This document shows positions 8,757 through 17,289 of a stretch of 18,614 nucleotides of DNA, piece after piece. Origin of the DNA: an uncultured archaeon (GTDB taxonomy: Archaea; Asgardarchaeota; Lokiarchaeia; Sigyniarchaeales; SOKP01); NCBI GenBank assembly GCA_964632315.1, contig CAZWEM010000064.1:1-18614 (forward strand), in the 5' to 3' direction. Made by a program: the position numbers and the translations under genes. The notes under the pieces were generated by a model that was not told where the DNA came from, did no database searches, and worked only from the letters and a program-made list of their open reading frames with translations. The first letter of the stretch is position 1. Every line of letters starts with the position of its first letter.

Positions 8757-9860
8757 TTAAAAGTCAAATTTATATTGCCTTAATCCTAACTCTTTCTGCA
8801 TGGTCTTGATGTCATTTTGCAAGCTCTTATTTAATGGTATGCCCGCTTTTTTACGATTTTGTTCAGCCATATATTCTTTTTCTCCAGCAGTGTATATCTT
8901 TTTCTCATTAGGATCTAATTTAGCGCTCCTGAGACCTCGCATAATATTTCCAGCGGTTTTTATAAATTGATCTTTTCCTATAAACGCTTCAGTATTAATT
9001 GCTAAAAAGAAATGCCCAACTTTCAATCGTTTTTGACCGTTTTCTTCTATTCCAAGAGTATCGCGTAAAAAAATTCCATTCTGCAAGGCTGCGGATAATA
9101 ATTCTACGACCGTGGCATATCCGTAACCTTTATATCCAGCTGTTTCTTCTCCTTTACCTCCAAGAGGTAACAAAGCGGCTTTTCTTTGAAGCATATCAGA
9201 TAATATTTGATTTGGATCTGTTATGAATTCTCCATTATCATTTATAACTGTATTCTGTGGCATTGGTTTGTTAATTCTACTATTTGCTTCGACTTTTCCT
9301 CTCTGAATTATGCTTGTGGCACAATCAATTAGAAAGGGAAAGTTTTCATCTGTAGGTGCTCCAATTGTTAATGGATTAGTACCTAACATCGGTTCTACTC
9401 CGAATGTGGGTGGGATCGAAGGTCTTGCATTTGTGACTGCTAAACCAATCATCCCCTCTTTTATTGCCATTAAGGAATAATAACCAGCAATTCCGAAGTG
9501 GGTAGAATTTCTCACAGCTACAGCCCCTAAACCATACTTTTTAGCCTTTTCAATCGCATTTTCCATTGCCCTATGGGCAATAACATGGCCCATACCGCAA
9601 TTACCATCCCAAAGAGCTGTGGTTGGTCCGTCTTTAATAACATCAATTTTTGTATTTACTTCGTAAATACCTTGTTTTATCCTATCATAATACATTTTAC
9701 ATCTTTGAATTCCATGAGAATCTATTCCTCTTAAATCGGAGGTGATTAGCACATTAGCGATGATTTTTGCATCATCATTTGGTATTCCTAACCCAATAAA
9801 AACATCTTTCATGAAATTTTCAAGAATTTCTGCTTCTAAATATACAACCTCATCCGTCAT
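8757..9860 (-). CDS. Ldh_2 family (malate/L-lactate/L-sulfolactate dehydrogenase-like) oxidoreductase
   Basis: SDLRGIDSHG, NSTHFGIAGYY, GTNP, DCATS, GYKGYG, GHFFLAI and GEKE. Confidence 0.92.
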   Translation of the reverse strand: MTDEVVYLEAEILENFMKDVFIGLGIPNDDAKIIANVLITSDLRGIDSHGIQRCKMYYDRIKQGIYEVNTKIDVIKDGPTTALWDGNCGMGHVIAHRAMENAIEKAKKYGLGAVAVRNSTHFGIAGYYSLMAIKEGMIGLAVTNARPSIPPTFGVEPMLGTNPLTIGAPTDENFPFLIDCATSIIQRGKVEANSRINKPMPQNTVINDNGEFITDPNQILSDMLQRKAALLPLGGKGEETAGYKGYGYATVVELLSAALQNGIFLRDTLGIEENGQKRLKVGHFFLAINTEAFIGKDQFIKTAGNIMRGLRSAKLDPNEKKIYTAGEKEYMAEQNRKKAGIPLNKSLQNDIKTMQKELGLRQYKFDF

Positions 9861-9996
9861 AATAATATCTTCATATTCCTCTTGTATTTAATCACAATAA
9901 TCAATGCTACTTCTAAAGCTTTGAGCATGTATTATTCAAATATTATCGAATTTTTTGTATTCATTCTTGTTCTCAATACTCATGTTATTTAATGAT

Positions 9997-10146
9997 ATGA
10001 AAACTAAAGTGAGTGGTCGATTTTTTAGAGAAATCGAACTTGATTCTGAAGGGAATGATGAAGTAGTATACGTATTTCCAGATACCAAAGAATTCATCTC
10101 CATATTGAGAAGAGACTTGAATAAAAAGTTAATATCTGACACCTGA
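9997..10146 (+). CDS. Possible small hypothetical protein (49 aa, MKTKVSGRFFREIELDSEGNDEVVYVFPDTKEFISILRRDLNKKLISDT)
   Basis: Fills an otherwise empty intergenic gap and has protein-like composition from the ATG at 9997 (in frame with track ORF 9955..10146). No recognised motif. Confidence 0.4.
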   Translation: MKTKVSGRFFREIELDSEGNDEVVYVFPDTKEFISILRRDLNKKLISDT

Positions 10147-10252
10147 ATAAATTTGAGAATTATCAGGGGACAAAAATAGAAATACAAGGATTTTTAGATA
10201 GCTTCTTATTGATTTTTCAATTTAGAACAAGTTTGTGGAAAAAAAATTAAAT

Positions 10253-10888
10253 TTAAATTAAACGATTGAATAATTCAAATTTTTTGTTTAATCCTTCAAA
10301 AAGGAATTTTAGTGAAAGAGGAATACCCCAGATTAGTAATACGAAAAACATGCTCCATTCTAGTACGGCTTGGGGCATTATTGGAAACAAAAGTGCTACT
10401 GATATGTGTCCTAGCATCATAAAATATCCAAAATGTTTAGAAAAGATTTTTAATCGTAATATGAGGAATCCAAATATTATTTCAGCAAATAATAGAGATA
10501 CAAAAACTGTAATCGCAAAACTTATGTGTAAGATGTAAGAAAGGTCAACATTAAAAATTCCTACTAAAAAGAATGAGCCAGTCATGAGTTCCAACAGTGT
10601 AAATCCAAAGATTGAAAGAAAACTATATATTCGATTCTCTTTTGCTTTATGATGTATTTTTCGAAATAACTTGATAAAAAAGAAACTTAAAAATGAAGCT
10701 GAAACCATAAAAGTAACGTTAATTGCCATTGGATATTGTGTATAACGAATAGAGCCGAGTTCACTGATTGTGTTTACTAGCATGCTATAATCACTGAAAC
10801 CATAAGCTAGAAATAGCGATACAATTAATCCAAGCAAGAAAAGTGGAATCCCTATTACAGAAATGATGTTAACGATTGTTTTATTCAT
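10253..10888 (-). CDS. DUF998-like (Frag1/DRAM/Sfk1-related) multi-pass membrane protein
   Basis: About six hydrophobic segments, YS...NTISELG motif, VGIF...H and a C-terminal EW. Confidence 0.75.
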   Translation of the reverse strand: MNKTIVNIISVIGIPLFLLGLIVSLFLAYGFSDYSMLVNTISELGSIRYTQYPMAINVTFMVSASFLSFFFIKLFRKIHHKAKENRIYSFLSIFGFTLLELMTGSFFLVGIFNVDLSYILHISFAITVFVSLLFAEIIFGFLILRLKIFSKHFGYFMMLGHISVALLFPIMPQAVLEWSMFFVLLIWGIPLSLKFLFEGLNKKFELFNRLI

Positions 10889-10898
10889 GATTTTGATG

Positions 10899-10932
10899 TT
10901 AGAATTATCTCTAAAACTTAGAGAAATTCTAA
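10899..10932. promoter_or_regulatory. Near-perfect inverted repeat just upstream of the DUF998-like gene
   Basis: TTAGAATTATCTCTAA-AAC-TTAGAGAAATTCTAA gives 15 paired positions with one bulged A, 10 nt upstream of the ATG at 10888. Confidence 0.45.
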
Positions 10933-11259
10933 AAATGTATTAATTTTAATTATCTAATAAAGTAATGATATTTATGTTTATATTTATCTATAATAATCCG
11001 TCGCAATAATACAAGATATTCCGAAAAGCCAAATTTAAAAATTATAACCTCTGATATCTAAAGTATTATTCGATTAATCCAATAAGGAAGTGTAATAGTT
11101 GGAATTTATCATTATTAATTTCAAATGGCATTTTTCTTTACAATTTAAACTCAATTCTTTAAATTCATAATAATTTATTATCAAAGCTTAAATATTCCCA
11201 ATTTAAATTGAAATAGTGCTATTTTTAGACTTAATTATTTGATTAAGAGGTGATATATC

Positions 11260-11610
11260 ACGACAGAAGTTAAATCTGAAGAAAAAGGAACGGAAACTGA
11301 GTGCGGAGATTTGCCGACTATAAGTTCAATTTTTCCAAGAATGACGATAGCGCCTAATGATGATGAGAAAGAGTACTTGATTAACATACAATTGCCAGGA
11401 GCGGAAAAAGATGATATTAAATTGAAACTTGCGGAAGACATTATCCATGTAGAAGCTAAAGGTGATGGTATTGATTATTTAGGGGATTATTCGCTATGTT
11501 GTCCAATTAAGCCAGGAGAAACAACCGCCACATATAAAGAAGGCTTATTAAAAATACGCGCTCCTTATGCAGATACCTTGAAAGATACAGTTAATGTAGA
11601 GATTTCGTAG
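11260..11610 (+). CDS. Small heat-shock protein (Hsp20/alpha-crystallin family), probable non-canonical ACG start
   Basis: EYLINIQLPGAEKDDIKL...ATYKEGLLKIRAP and a C-terminal VEI motif. SD GAGGTGA at 11247-11253 lies 6 nt before an in-frame ACG at 11260, and an in-frame TGA at 11251 bounds the ORF. The track's TTG at 11311 has no comparable SD. Confidence 0.85.
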   Translation, partial: TTEVKSEEKGTETECGDLPTISSIFPRMTIAPNDDEKEYLINIQLPGAEKDDIKLKLAEDIIHVEAKGDGIDYLGDYSLCCPIKPGETTATYKEGLLKIRAPYADTLKDTVNVEIS

Positions 11611-11633
11611 TTTTCTTTACCTTTTTCTTTTTT
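11611..11633 (+). terminator. Oligo-T archaeal-type terminator after Hsp20
   Basis: TTTTCTTTACCTTTTTCTTTTTT immediately follows the stop codon. Confidence 0.5.
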
Positions 11634-11720
11634 AAAATCCACAATTTTTAAGTTTTAAAACCTAATTCAGGCTAAAATCTACGCAAATATTTATATATTA
11701 AATCGTCCTCAAATTTAATA

Positions 11721-12419
11721 GTGGACACAAAAAAGGCATTAATCGGAATCTTCATAGGAGCATTAGTGTTAACAAGCTTGATATTCATCAATCACTTTCT
11801 GATACTCTCAAGAATTTATTATCGGACGTCATATGATGGAAATGTTAAGAATCTTGAAGATATTATTGAAAAAAGTGAAATTTTTGATTATCAAAAGTAT
11901 TGTAAATGTCGAGATTATTTTGGAATAGTTCATAACGCTACTAATTATGATTACTTTTACCATATAGACAATGATTCTATCTCTAATTTGAAAGCTAAGA
12001 TCATGAATGATCACGAAAATTTTCATTTTTATCCTTTTTATGAGCATCACTTTACCTATTCATCTGGAGCAACAAATGAGTCTTTACTTTATTTCACCTA
12101 TAATAATAATTCCATCATAAAACTGGAAGATCAAGCCCACACGGAAGTATTTAGTGCTCATGAGAGGCATTATGAAAACAGTTCAACTTTTTGGGAGGAA
12201 ATTTGGTATCTGAATTTTACCTTGATTCCCTTCAGTTCTGGTTTAAACTCGATTATTCAATTAAATAATTCTATCTTGATCAAAATGAATTTACATTATG
12301 ATTATGATTATGCTTTTGGAGAATCTAACACATTAATTATTGAACAATTTTTATGCTTTAATTCAAATTATCAAATTATATTCGTTTATATTCCAAATAC
12401 AGCTTGGATAGTCGCCTAG
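11721..12419 (+). CDS. Hypothetical membrane-anchored, probably extracellular protein
   Basis: N-terminal KK plus a hydrophobic helix, then an Asn/Tyr/Phe-rich domain with several N-x-S/T sequons (NAT, NDS, NES, NNS, NSS, NFT). No family recognised. Confidence 0.7.
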   Translation: MDTKKALIGIFIGALVLTSLIFINHFLILSRIYYRTSYDGNVKNLEDIIEKSEIFDYQKYCKCRDYFGIVHNATNYDYFYHIDNDSISNLKAKIMNDHENFHFYPFYEHHFTYSSGATNESLLYFTYNNNSIIKLEDQAHTEVFSAHERHYENSSTFWEEIWYLNFTLIPFSSGLNSIIQLNNSILIKMNLHYDYDYAFGESNTLIIEQFLCFNSNYQIIFVYIPNTAWIVA

Positions 12420-12495
12420 AGAACCACTATTTTTAATTAAATTCTCTCTTTTTTCTCTCCAATAACCTTTTATTTTCTTAATCATTAAATTTCTT

Positions 12496-12797
12496 GAGCC
12501 TCTAGGGCAGGCTTGAAGCCCCATGCTGGGTGGATCGCAAAATGCTCTTAGCGAAAATTGCCTGTTTTGAGGTTTCATGAGTATTGTTATCCAATCTTAC
12601 ATTCCGGCGAAGCGCTCCCCATGATGGTGGGTGCTTGTGGTGTTGGTTTCTGTAGGGAAGCCATAAACCCGTAATTCCGAACCCGGCCAGGCCAGGGATG
12701 GAGCAGCCGTAAAGATAGGTGTTCACGCTTTATGGTAAGGGCGTGGAGGGGTGTATCTTATGGTCATAGCAATGGGATTGAAATCGAGAACCAGGTT
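12496..12797 (+). ncRNA. ffs: Archaeal signal recognition particle (7S) RNA
   Basis: GC-rich island of about 300 nt. Helix 8 CGGC-CAGG-CCA-GGGA-TGG-AGCA-GCCG (12684-12709) has the SRP54-binding symmetric loop and a GNRA tetraloop. Helix 6 TGGTTTCT-GTAG-GGAAGCCA (12644-12663) has a GNAR loop. Helix 5 pairings: 12582-12590/12766-12774, 12598-12605/12748-12755 and 12627-12636/12717-12726. A T-run follows at 12796-12800. Ends are approximate. Confidence 0.93.
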
Positions 12798-12815
12798 TTT
12801 AAATTCCTCTTAATC

Positions 12816-13421
12816 TTATTTTGTTGAGTAAATAAATCTTAGGAGTTTATCTTTGTCCTCTTCTGCGTAATCTATACCTATCCTCTTTTCTAAAGAAATT
12901 CGATACTGCTCCTTTTCTAATCCTTCTGCAAAATACAATTTTGAATCAGGGGAACAAGAATCTTTTCCGTTAAATAAATCTTTTGTAATGTTTAATGCCT
13001 GACAAAGCTTACTCGGTCCATCAACCAAGTTTTTAAAATTTTTCCCAACAAGGACATTCCTATTCTTTTTCATTAGATCAATGCCTTCAATTGGATAAAG
13101 TTGCCTGATAAAAACAGCACAAGGGATTCCAATTGGTTCGGTAATCACGTTTAGACAAAAGTTGATCCCATAAATGTAGTAAACATAAAGAGTACCAGGT
13201 TTCATATACATGATCTCGGTCTTTTTAGTTCTCTTTGCTCCAAAACAATGGCTTGCTTTATCCTTAACACCGAGATATGCTTCTACTTCTATGATTTTGC
13301 CCACCATTTTTCCTTCCTCGGTTTCTCTCACCAAAAATTTCCCTAATAATTGTTCCGCAACTAATCGAGTGTTATACTTAAAAAATGATCGAGGTAATCT
13401 CGTAAAATTTTCGGAAACCAT
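12816..13421 (-). CDS. mpg: DNA-3-methyladenine glycosylase (MPG/AAG family)
   Basis: LLGKFLV, IIEVEAYLG..DKASH, PGTLYVYYIYG..FCLNV, GPSKLCQAL and RIGI. Confidence 0.95.
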   Translation of the reverse strand: MVSENFTRLPRSFFKYNTRLVAEQLLGKFLVRETEEGKMVGKIIEVEAYLGVKDKASHCFGAKRTKKTEIMYMKPGTLYVYYIYGINFCLNVITEPIGIPCAVFIRQLYPIEGIDLMKKNRNVLVGKNFKNLVDGPSKLCQALNITKDLFNGKDSCSPDSKLYFAEGLEKEQYRISLEKRIGIDYAEEDKDKLLRFIYSTK

Positions 13422-13501
13422 AAAATTATACCTTTATTATACATACAAATTAATTATTATACTAATAAATTTTGAATAAAATATTAAGGGGATATAGAAC
13501 C

Positions 13502-14590
13502 ATGAAAGCACCTGAACGAATTTTAAAAACAATTAATCATGAAGAACCAGACAAAGTACCCGCATTCGAAAGCGCATTCACAAATAATACAATTATGGAG
13601 CATTACGGAATAGATCCTCGCACTGCGGGAGGTTATAAAGGGCTTTACGAATTTTCTCGAAGAGTAGGAATCGATCTAGTACTTAGTATCGGTAGCTTGT
13701 TTCCTAAAAAATTTCTTAAGAGGGGGCAGGGTTTTATCGATGAATATGGAAGGCATATGAAATTTGAGACCTATGAAGATGGAACTCAAATATTAGCATA
13801 TCATGGGGGGCACTTCAAAAATTTCGAAGATTATGAAAGTTGGGGACAACCAGACCCCAATAATCCAGCAAGATTAAAGCAATTTTTTGATGGGAGAGAA
13901 GTACAAAAACAATTGAACGATGAGGTATTTTCTATTCCCGCTGTTGGAGCATTGATGGAGTGTTCGTGGGAAGGTTTTGGCCTAGAAGCATTTTCGAGAA
14001 TCCTCAGAAATCCTAAACACACTCAAAAAGTATTCGATGATCGAGGTAAATTTACCTTGGAAGTAGTGAAGATAATGGCAGAAAATGAGGCTAAAATGGT
14101 TCTTTTATGGGATGATTACGGTTTCAAGAATGGTCTTTTCATGCGACCAGATTTATATCGAAAATACATATTTCCTTGGATTAAACGGATATGTGATGCT
14201 GCTCATAAACGAGATTGTAAAATATTGCTTCATTCAGATGGTGATTTAATTGAAATATTCGATGACATTATCAAATGTGGCGTAGATGCTTTAAATCCAA
14301 TTGAATCAACGACAGCTAATCCAGACTATGATATTTTTAAGTTAAATGAAAAATATGGAAAAAAAATTACTTTTGTGGGCAATTTGAGCCCAATAATGCT
14401 AGCAATTGGGGAAATTTCAGAAATTGAAAATTATGCCAAGCGATTAATTAGAGAATTAGCCCCTGGAGGAGGTTACATTTTTAGTTCCGGTCATAGTATC
14501 AATCCAGCAATCACGATTGATAGGTTTGAAGCAATGCAGAATATAAGGAGGAAATTTGGCAGCTACCCTATTAATGTTCCTAACAATTAA
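13502..14590 (+). CDS. Uroporphyrinogen decarboxylase / MtaA-CmuA methyltransferase family protein
   Basis: HEEPDKVP, DEYG, WDDYGFKNG, LHSDG, GVDALNPIE and GGGYIFSSGHSI. ATG at 13502 is preferred over the track's TTG at 13472. Confidence 0.85.
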   Translation: MKAPERILKTINHEEPDKVPAFESAFTNNTIMEHYGIDPRTAGGYKGLYEFSRRVGIDLVLSIGSLFPKKFLKRGQGFIDEYGRHMKFETYEDGTQILAYHGGHFKNFEDYESWGQPDPNNPARLKQFFDGREVQKQLNDEVFSIPAVGALMECSWEGFGLEAFSRILRNPKHTQKVFDDRGKFTLEVVKIMAENEAKMVLLWDDYGFKNGLFMRPDLYRKYIFPWIKRICDAAHKRDCKILLHSDGDLIEIFDDIIKCGVDALNPIESTTANPDYDIFKLNEKYGKKITFVGNLSPIMLAIGEISEIENYAKRLIRELAPGGGYIFSSGHSINPAITIDRFEAMQNIRRKFGSYPINVPNN

Positions 14591-14720
14591 TCGAAAATTT
14601 TCACATTGACTTCTAACTTGTTTACCATTTGTAATATCACTGGAATATATAAAACTATTTTAAAATGAAATTACGGTTTATTTAAAGAGATCTTAAATAC
14701 CTCAATAAATTAATTCATTT

Positions 14721-15536
14721 ATGTTTGAAGAAGTTAACCAAAGCAAGACTTTCCGTATTATTTTAGTCTTGATTTCAGATATCCTACTTACGATATTCAT
14801 AGTTTTTGTTGTTTTTACAAATATTTGGCTCGATCTGATTGAAATTCTAACATTAGGAATGATTAATGTCACTCTTATTGTAAATCTTGGATTGATAGCA
14901 ATTAATGGATCAATTATTTTTCTTAGAAATGAGATCAGACCTAAGGATGTTGGTCTTATCAAATCAAAAATATTACCTGCCATTATAATTATTGCAATTA
15001 TATGGGGGTTAATTCAACTTTTTGATCTGATCGTCATGCTTCTTCAGATTCAAACCATCCAAGTAAATCCCAGCTGGGAAATAAATGGAATTTTACCTTA
15101 TTTAGGTGATTTTGCTTCTCAAATCTTCGGAAACGCGTTATATGAAGAAATTATTTTCAGAGGGTTTTTAATCTCCCAATTTTATATTTTATTTAGGAAC
15201 AAGGTTAAAAACTCAAAAATTACATTACTACTAAGTCTTTTTGTTTCTCAGGGATTATTTGCTCTAAAACATATCCCTATTCGATTATTAGGAGGAGTTA
15301 TGGGAGTAGATTTAATACTAAATTTGTTATTATTATTAGGTTTAGGGCTAGTTTTTGCTATCATATACCTACGCACCAATAACTTGTTCATCACAATTGG
15401 GATCCATTCTCTTTATAATGTTTCGTTGTCGTTATTTAATGTGGAAGGAGTTTTTGGGTTGCTTATCCTTACTATAATCCTATTAATAGTTTGGCCAAAA
15501 ATTGAAACAAAATTTCTTTTTGAATTAAAGAAATAA
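14721..15536 (+). CDS. CPBP (CAAX/Abi) family intramembrane glutamic endopeptidase
   Basis: Multi-pass membrane protein with EEIIFRG, FALKH and HSLYN motifs. Confidence 0.92.
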   Translation: MFEEVNQSKTFRIILVLISDILLTIFIVFVVFTNIWLDLIEILTLGMINVTLIVNLGLIAINGSIIFLRNEIRPKDVGLIKSKILPAIIIIAIIWGLIQLFDLIVMLLQIQTIQVNPSWEINGILPYLGDFASQIFGNALYEEIIFRGFLISQFYILFRNKVKNSKITLLLSLFVSQGLFALKHIPIRLLGGVMGVDLILNLLLLLGLGLVFAIIYLRTNNLFITIGIHSLYNVSLSLFNVEGVFGLLILTIILLIVWPKIETKFLFELKK

Positions 15537-15623
15537 ATCTAACGTAAAAGATGTTCTATTTAAGCCGCTAATAAAAATTATAGCATTGTGTTCTTTTCTG
15601 ATTAGAATATGGCAGAAAGTTTC

Positions 15624-16454
15624 TCATTTTTCCTGATTTAAATTCTTAATAAGAAAGGAAACCAATTTTAAATTTGAGGCAAAGAATGGAAATCTCAAAT
15701 TGATTGAAAGTTCTCCATTAATCTCATCACCGTTAATAAACATCATTTTCCCACCTGCTTCTTGTAGAATCAAGAAACCTGCTGCGACATCTACTAATCG
15801 GTTTGAGTCTCTCAAATTTATGAATGCTTCCATGCTTCCCTTTGCAATTTGGCACAGAGTCAAAGCACTGCTTCCTAAAATCCTTACTCGATGAAATTGC
15901 TGCAAAATTGATCGAATATTGTCAATATTTTTGAACATGCTTTTTTTAGAGAGGTTTATCTCACAATAACATCGATCATTGATACCTAAATCTGAAACAT
16001 ATATTTCCTCTTCATTGAGATATGCACCTTCCCCTTTCACTGCCCAAAAAATATCCTTGGTGACTAAATCTAATACGACCGCTTTTTTTATACTATTCGC
16101 TGTACTACCAATCGCATAAGCTATGGAAACCGAACAATATGGAATACCTCTGGCTGCATTATTTGATCCATCAATCGGATCGACGATCAATACATTCTTG
16201 TTTTTCAATGCCAACTCCTTATTGCCAATGTACTTTTCGCCTATTTCTTCGCTTATGAGTAAGATGTTTATTGAAGCCTTTTCTAAAGTTTCAATTAGAA
16301 TTTTTTCAGCAAGTAAATCAATCTGCATCGAAATATCTCCACCTGCACCTCTTGAAAACTTCTGACTGGCTTTGCTAGTTCCTAAAATCGGATGTACCTC
16401 ATCATAAATATTGAGAGCTAATTGTTTTAAAAAATCTATCTCCAATTCCATCAA
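15624..16454 (-). CDS. suhB: Inositol monophosphatase / fructose-1,6-bisphosphatase (archaeal SuhB-type)
   Basis: GAGGD...IDLLAE, ISEE, VDPIDGSNN, RILGSSAL and RLVDVAAG. Confidence 0.92.
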   Translation of the reverse strand: MMELEIDFLKQLALNIYDEVHPILGTSKASQKFSRGAGGDISMQIDLLAEKILIETLEKASINILLISEEIGEKYIGNKELALKNKNVLIVDPIDGSNNAARGIPYCSVSIAYAIGSTANSIKKAVVLDLVTKDIFWAVKGEGAYLNEEEIYVSDLGINDRCYCEINLSKKSMFKNIDNIRSILQQFHRVRILGSSALTLCQIAKGSMEAFINLRDSNRLVDVAAGFLILQEAGGKMMFINGDEINGELSINLRFPFFASNLKLVSFLIKNLNQEK

Positions 16455-16513
16455 TAATCATTAAAAATTTTTATTCAAAAATAATTAAATGTGCTCCTTA
16501 AAAGTTTAATATT

Positions 16514-17245
16514 TTACTTTGGTGATTCTGTTTTTCGGTTTCTTTCGACAATCCATTGGTCTATAATCATTTCTTGAAATTCATCTTTATTTTTGACATC
16601 ATATTCACAATGAATTGTTGATTTTGGGACCCACAATTCTTGATCGGAATCAATAGCAATGAGTAATGCTTTTGGACTTTCTGCTTTAATTTTAGCGTTA
16701 ACATCAATAACCTCAACCGAAGTAGGATATACTGTTGTTTCGACTACTTTTAGTCCATCTCGTGAAGTTATATTTTCTGTAAATAAGCTATAATCTTCTG
16801 CTACTATAGGACTCCTTCCTTTTCCTCTAGATTTTGGTGGACTGCTAGTAGCAAATTCAATTTTCTCGATTAATAGATGTTCAATTAACAATTTCAGAAA
16901 ATGAACATTAGGGAAACGTAATTTTTTTTTGTAAGAACCCAATTGTACCAACAATACTTCTCGAGATTCATCCAACCAGCCAACTTGTATTTCACCTCTC
17001 CGATCTTTAAAAACGTGATACCCTCTCCAAATTGCACTTCTTTTATTTAGGACTTCTAAAATACAAATCATTTCTTCTACCAAAATTTTAACTGATTTTC
17101 CTTCCCCCTTAGATATTTGTTCCCATTCGCCCTCATCATTTCTATTAATGCAACTTAACAAGATGTAAGGTTCTTTTTTTGAACGACTAGAAATAATTAG
17201 ACTCGTTTTTCTTCCAAAAAAGGTTTTATCGTGAGAGTCTACCAT
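16514..17245 (-). CDS. Hypothetical two-domain protein; possible PC4/Whirly-like N-terminal domain and a small beta-rich C-terminal domain
   Basis: Long clean ORF. The N-terminal region has a strand-strand-strand-helix pattern (...GEWEQISKGEGKSVKILVEEMICILEVL), followed by a low-complexity linker and an ESPKALLI...ELWVPKS...IDQWI domain. The fold is inferred only. Confidence 0.75.
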   Translation of the reverse strand: MVDSHDKTFFGRKTSLIISSRSKKEPYILLSCINRNDEGEWEQISKGEGKSVKILVEEMICILEVLNKRSAIWRGYHVFKDRRGEIQVGWLDESREVLLVQLGSYKKKLRFPNVHFLKLLIEHLLIEKIEFATSSPPKSRGKGRSPIVAEDYSLFTENITSRDGLKVVETTVYPTSVEVIDVNAKIKAESPKALLIAIDSDQELWVPKSTIHCEYDVKNKDEFQEMIIDQWIVERNRKTESPK

Positions 17246-17289
17246 GCTTCAGTCTAAAATCAGTAAATTTAATTAGAATGAGGAATGAT

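Noticed and set aside
6952-12050. Short opposite-strand ORFs (6952, 8103, 8999, 9936, 10266, 11235, 11829)
   Set aside because: They overlap better-supported genes on the opposite strand and have non-protein-like composition.
12363-12726. Minus-strand ORFs 12363..12578 and 12502..12726
   Set aside because: Artefacts of the GC-rich SRP RNA on the plus strand.
12496-12797. GC-rich island as RNase P RNA, tRNA or a mobile element
   Set aside because: No RNase P P4 consensus, cloverleaf or terminal repeats; SRP helix 6 and helix 8 signatures explain it.
13210-16365. Antisense ORFs at 13210, 13831, 14702, 15700 and 16123
   Set aside because: Shadows of the mpg, UroD-like, CPBP and IMPase genes.
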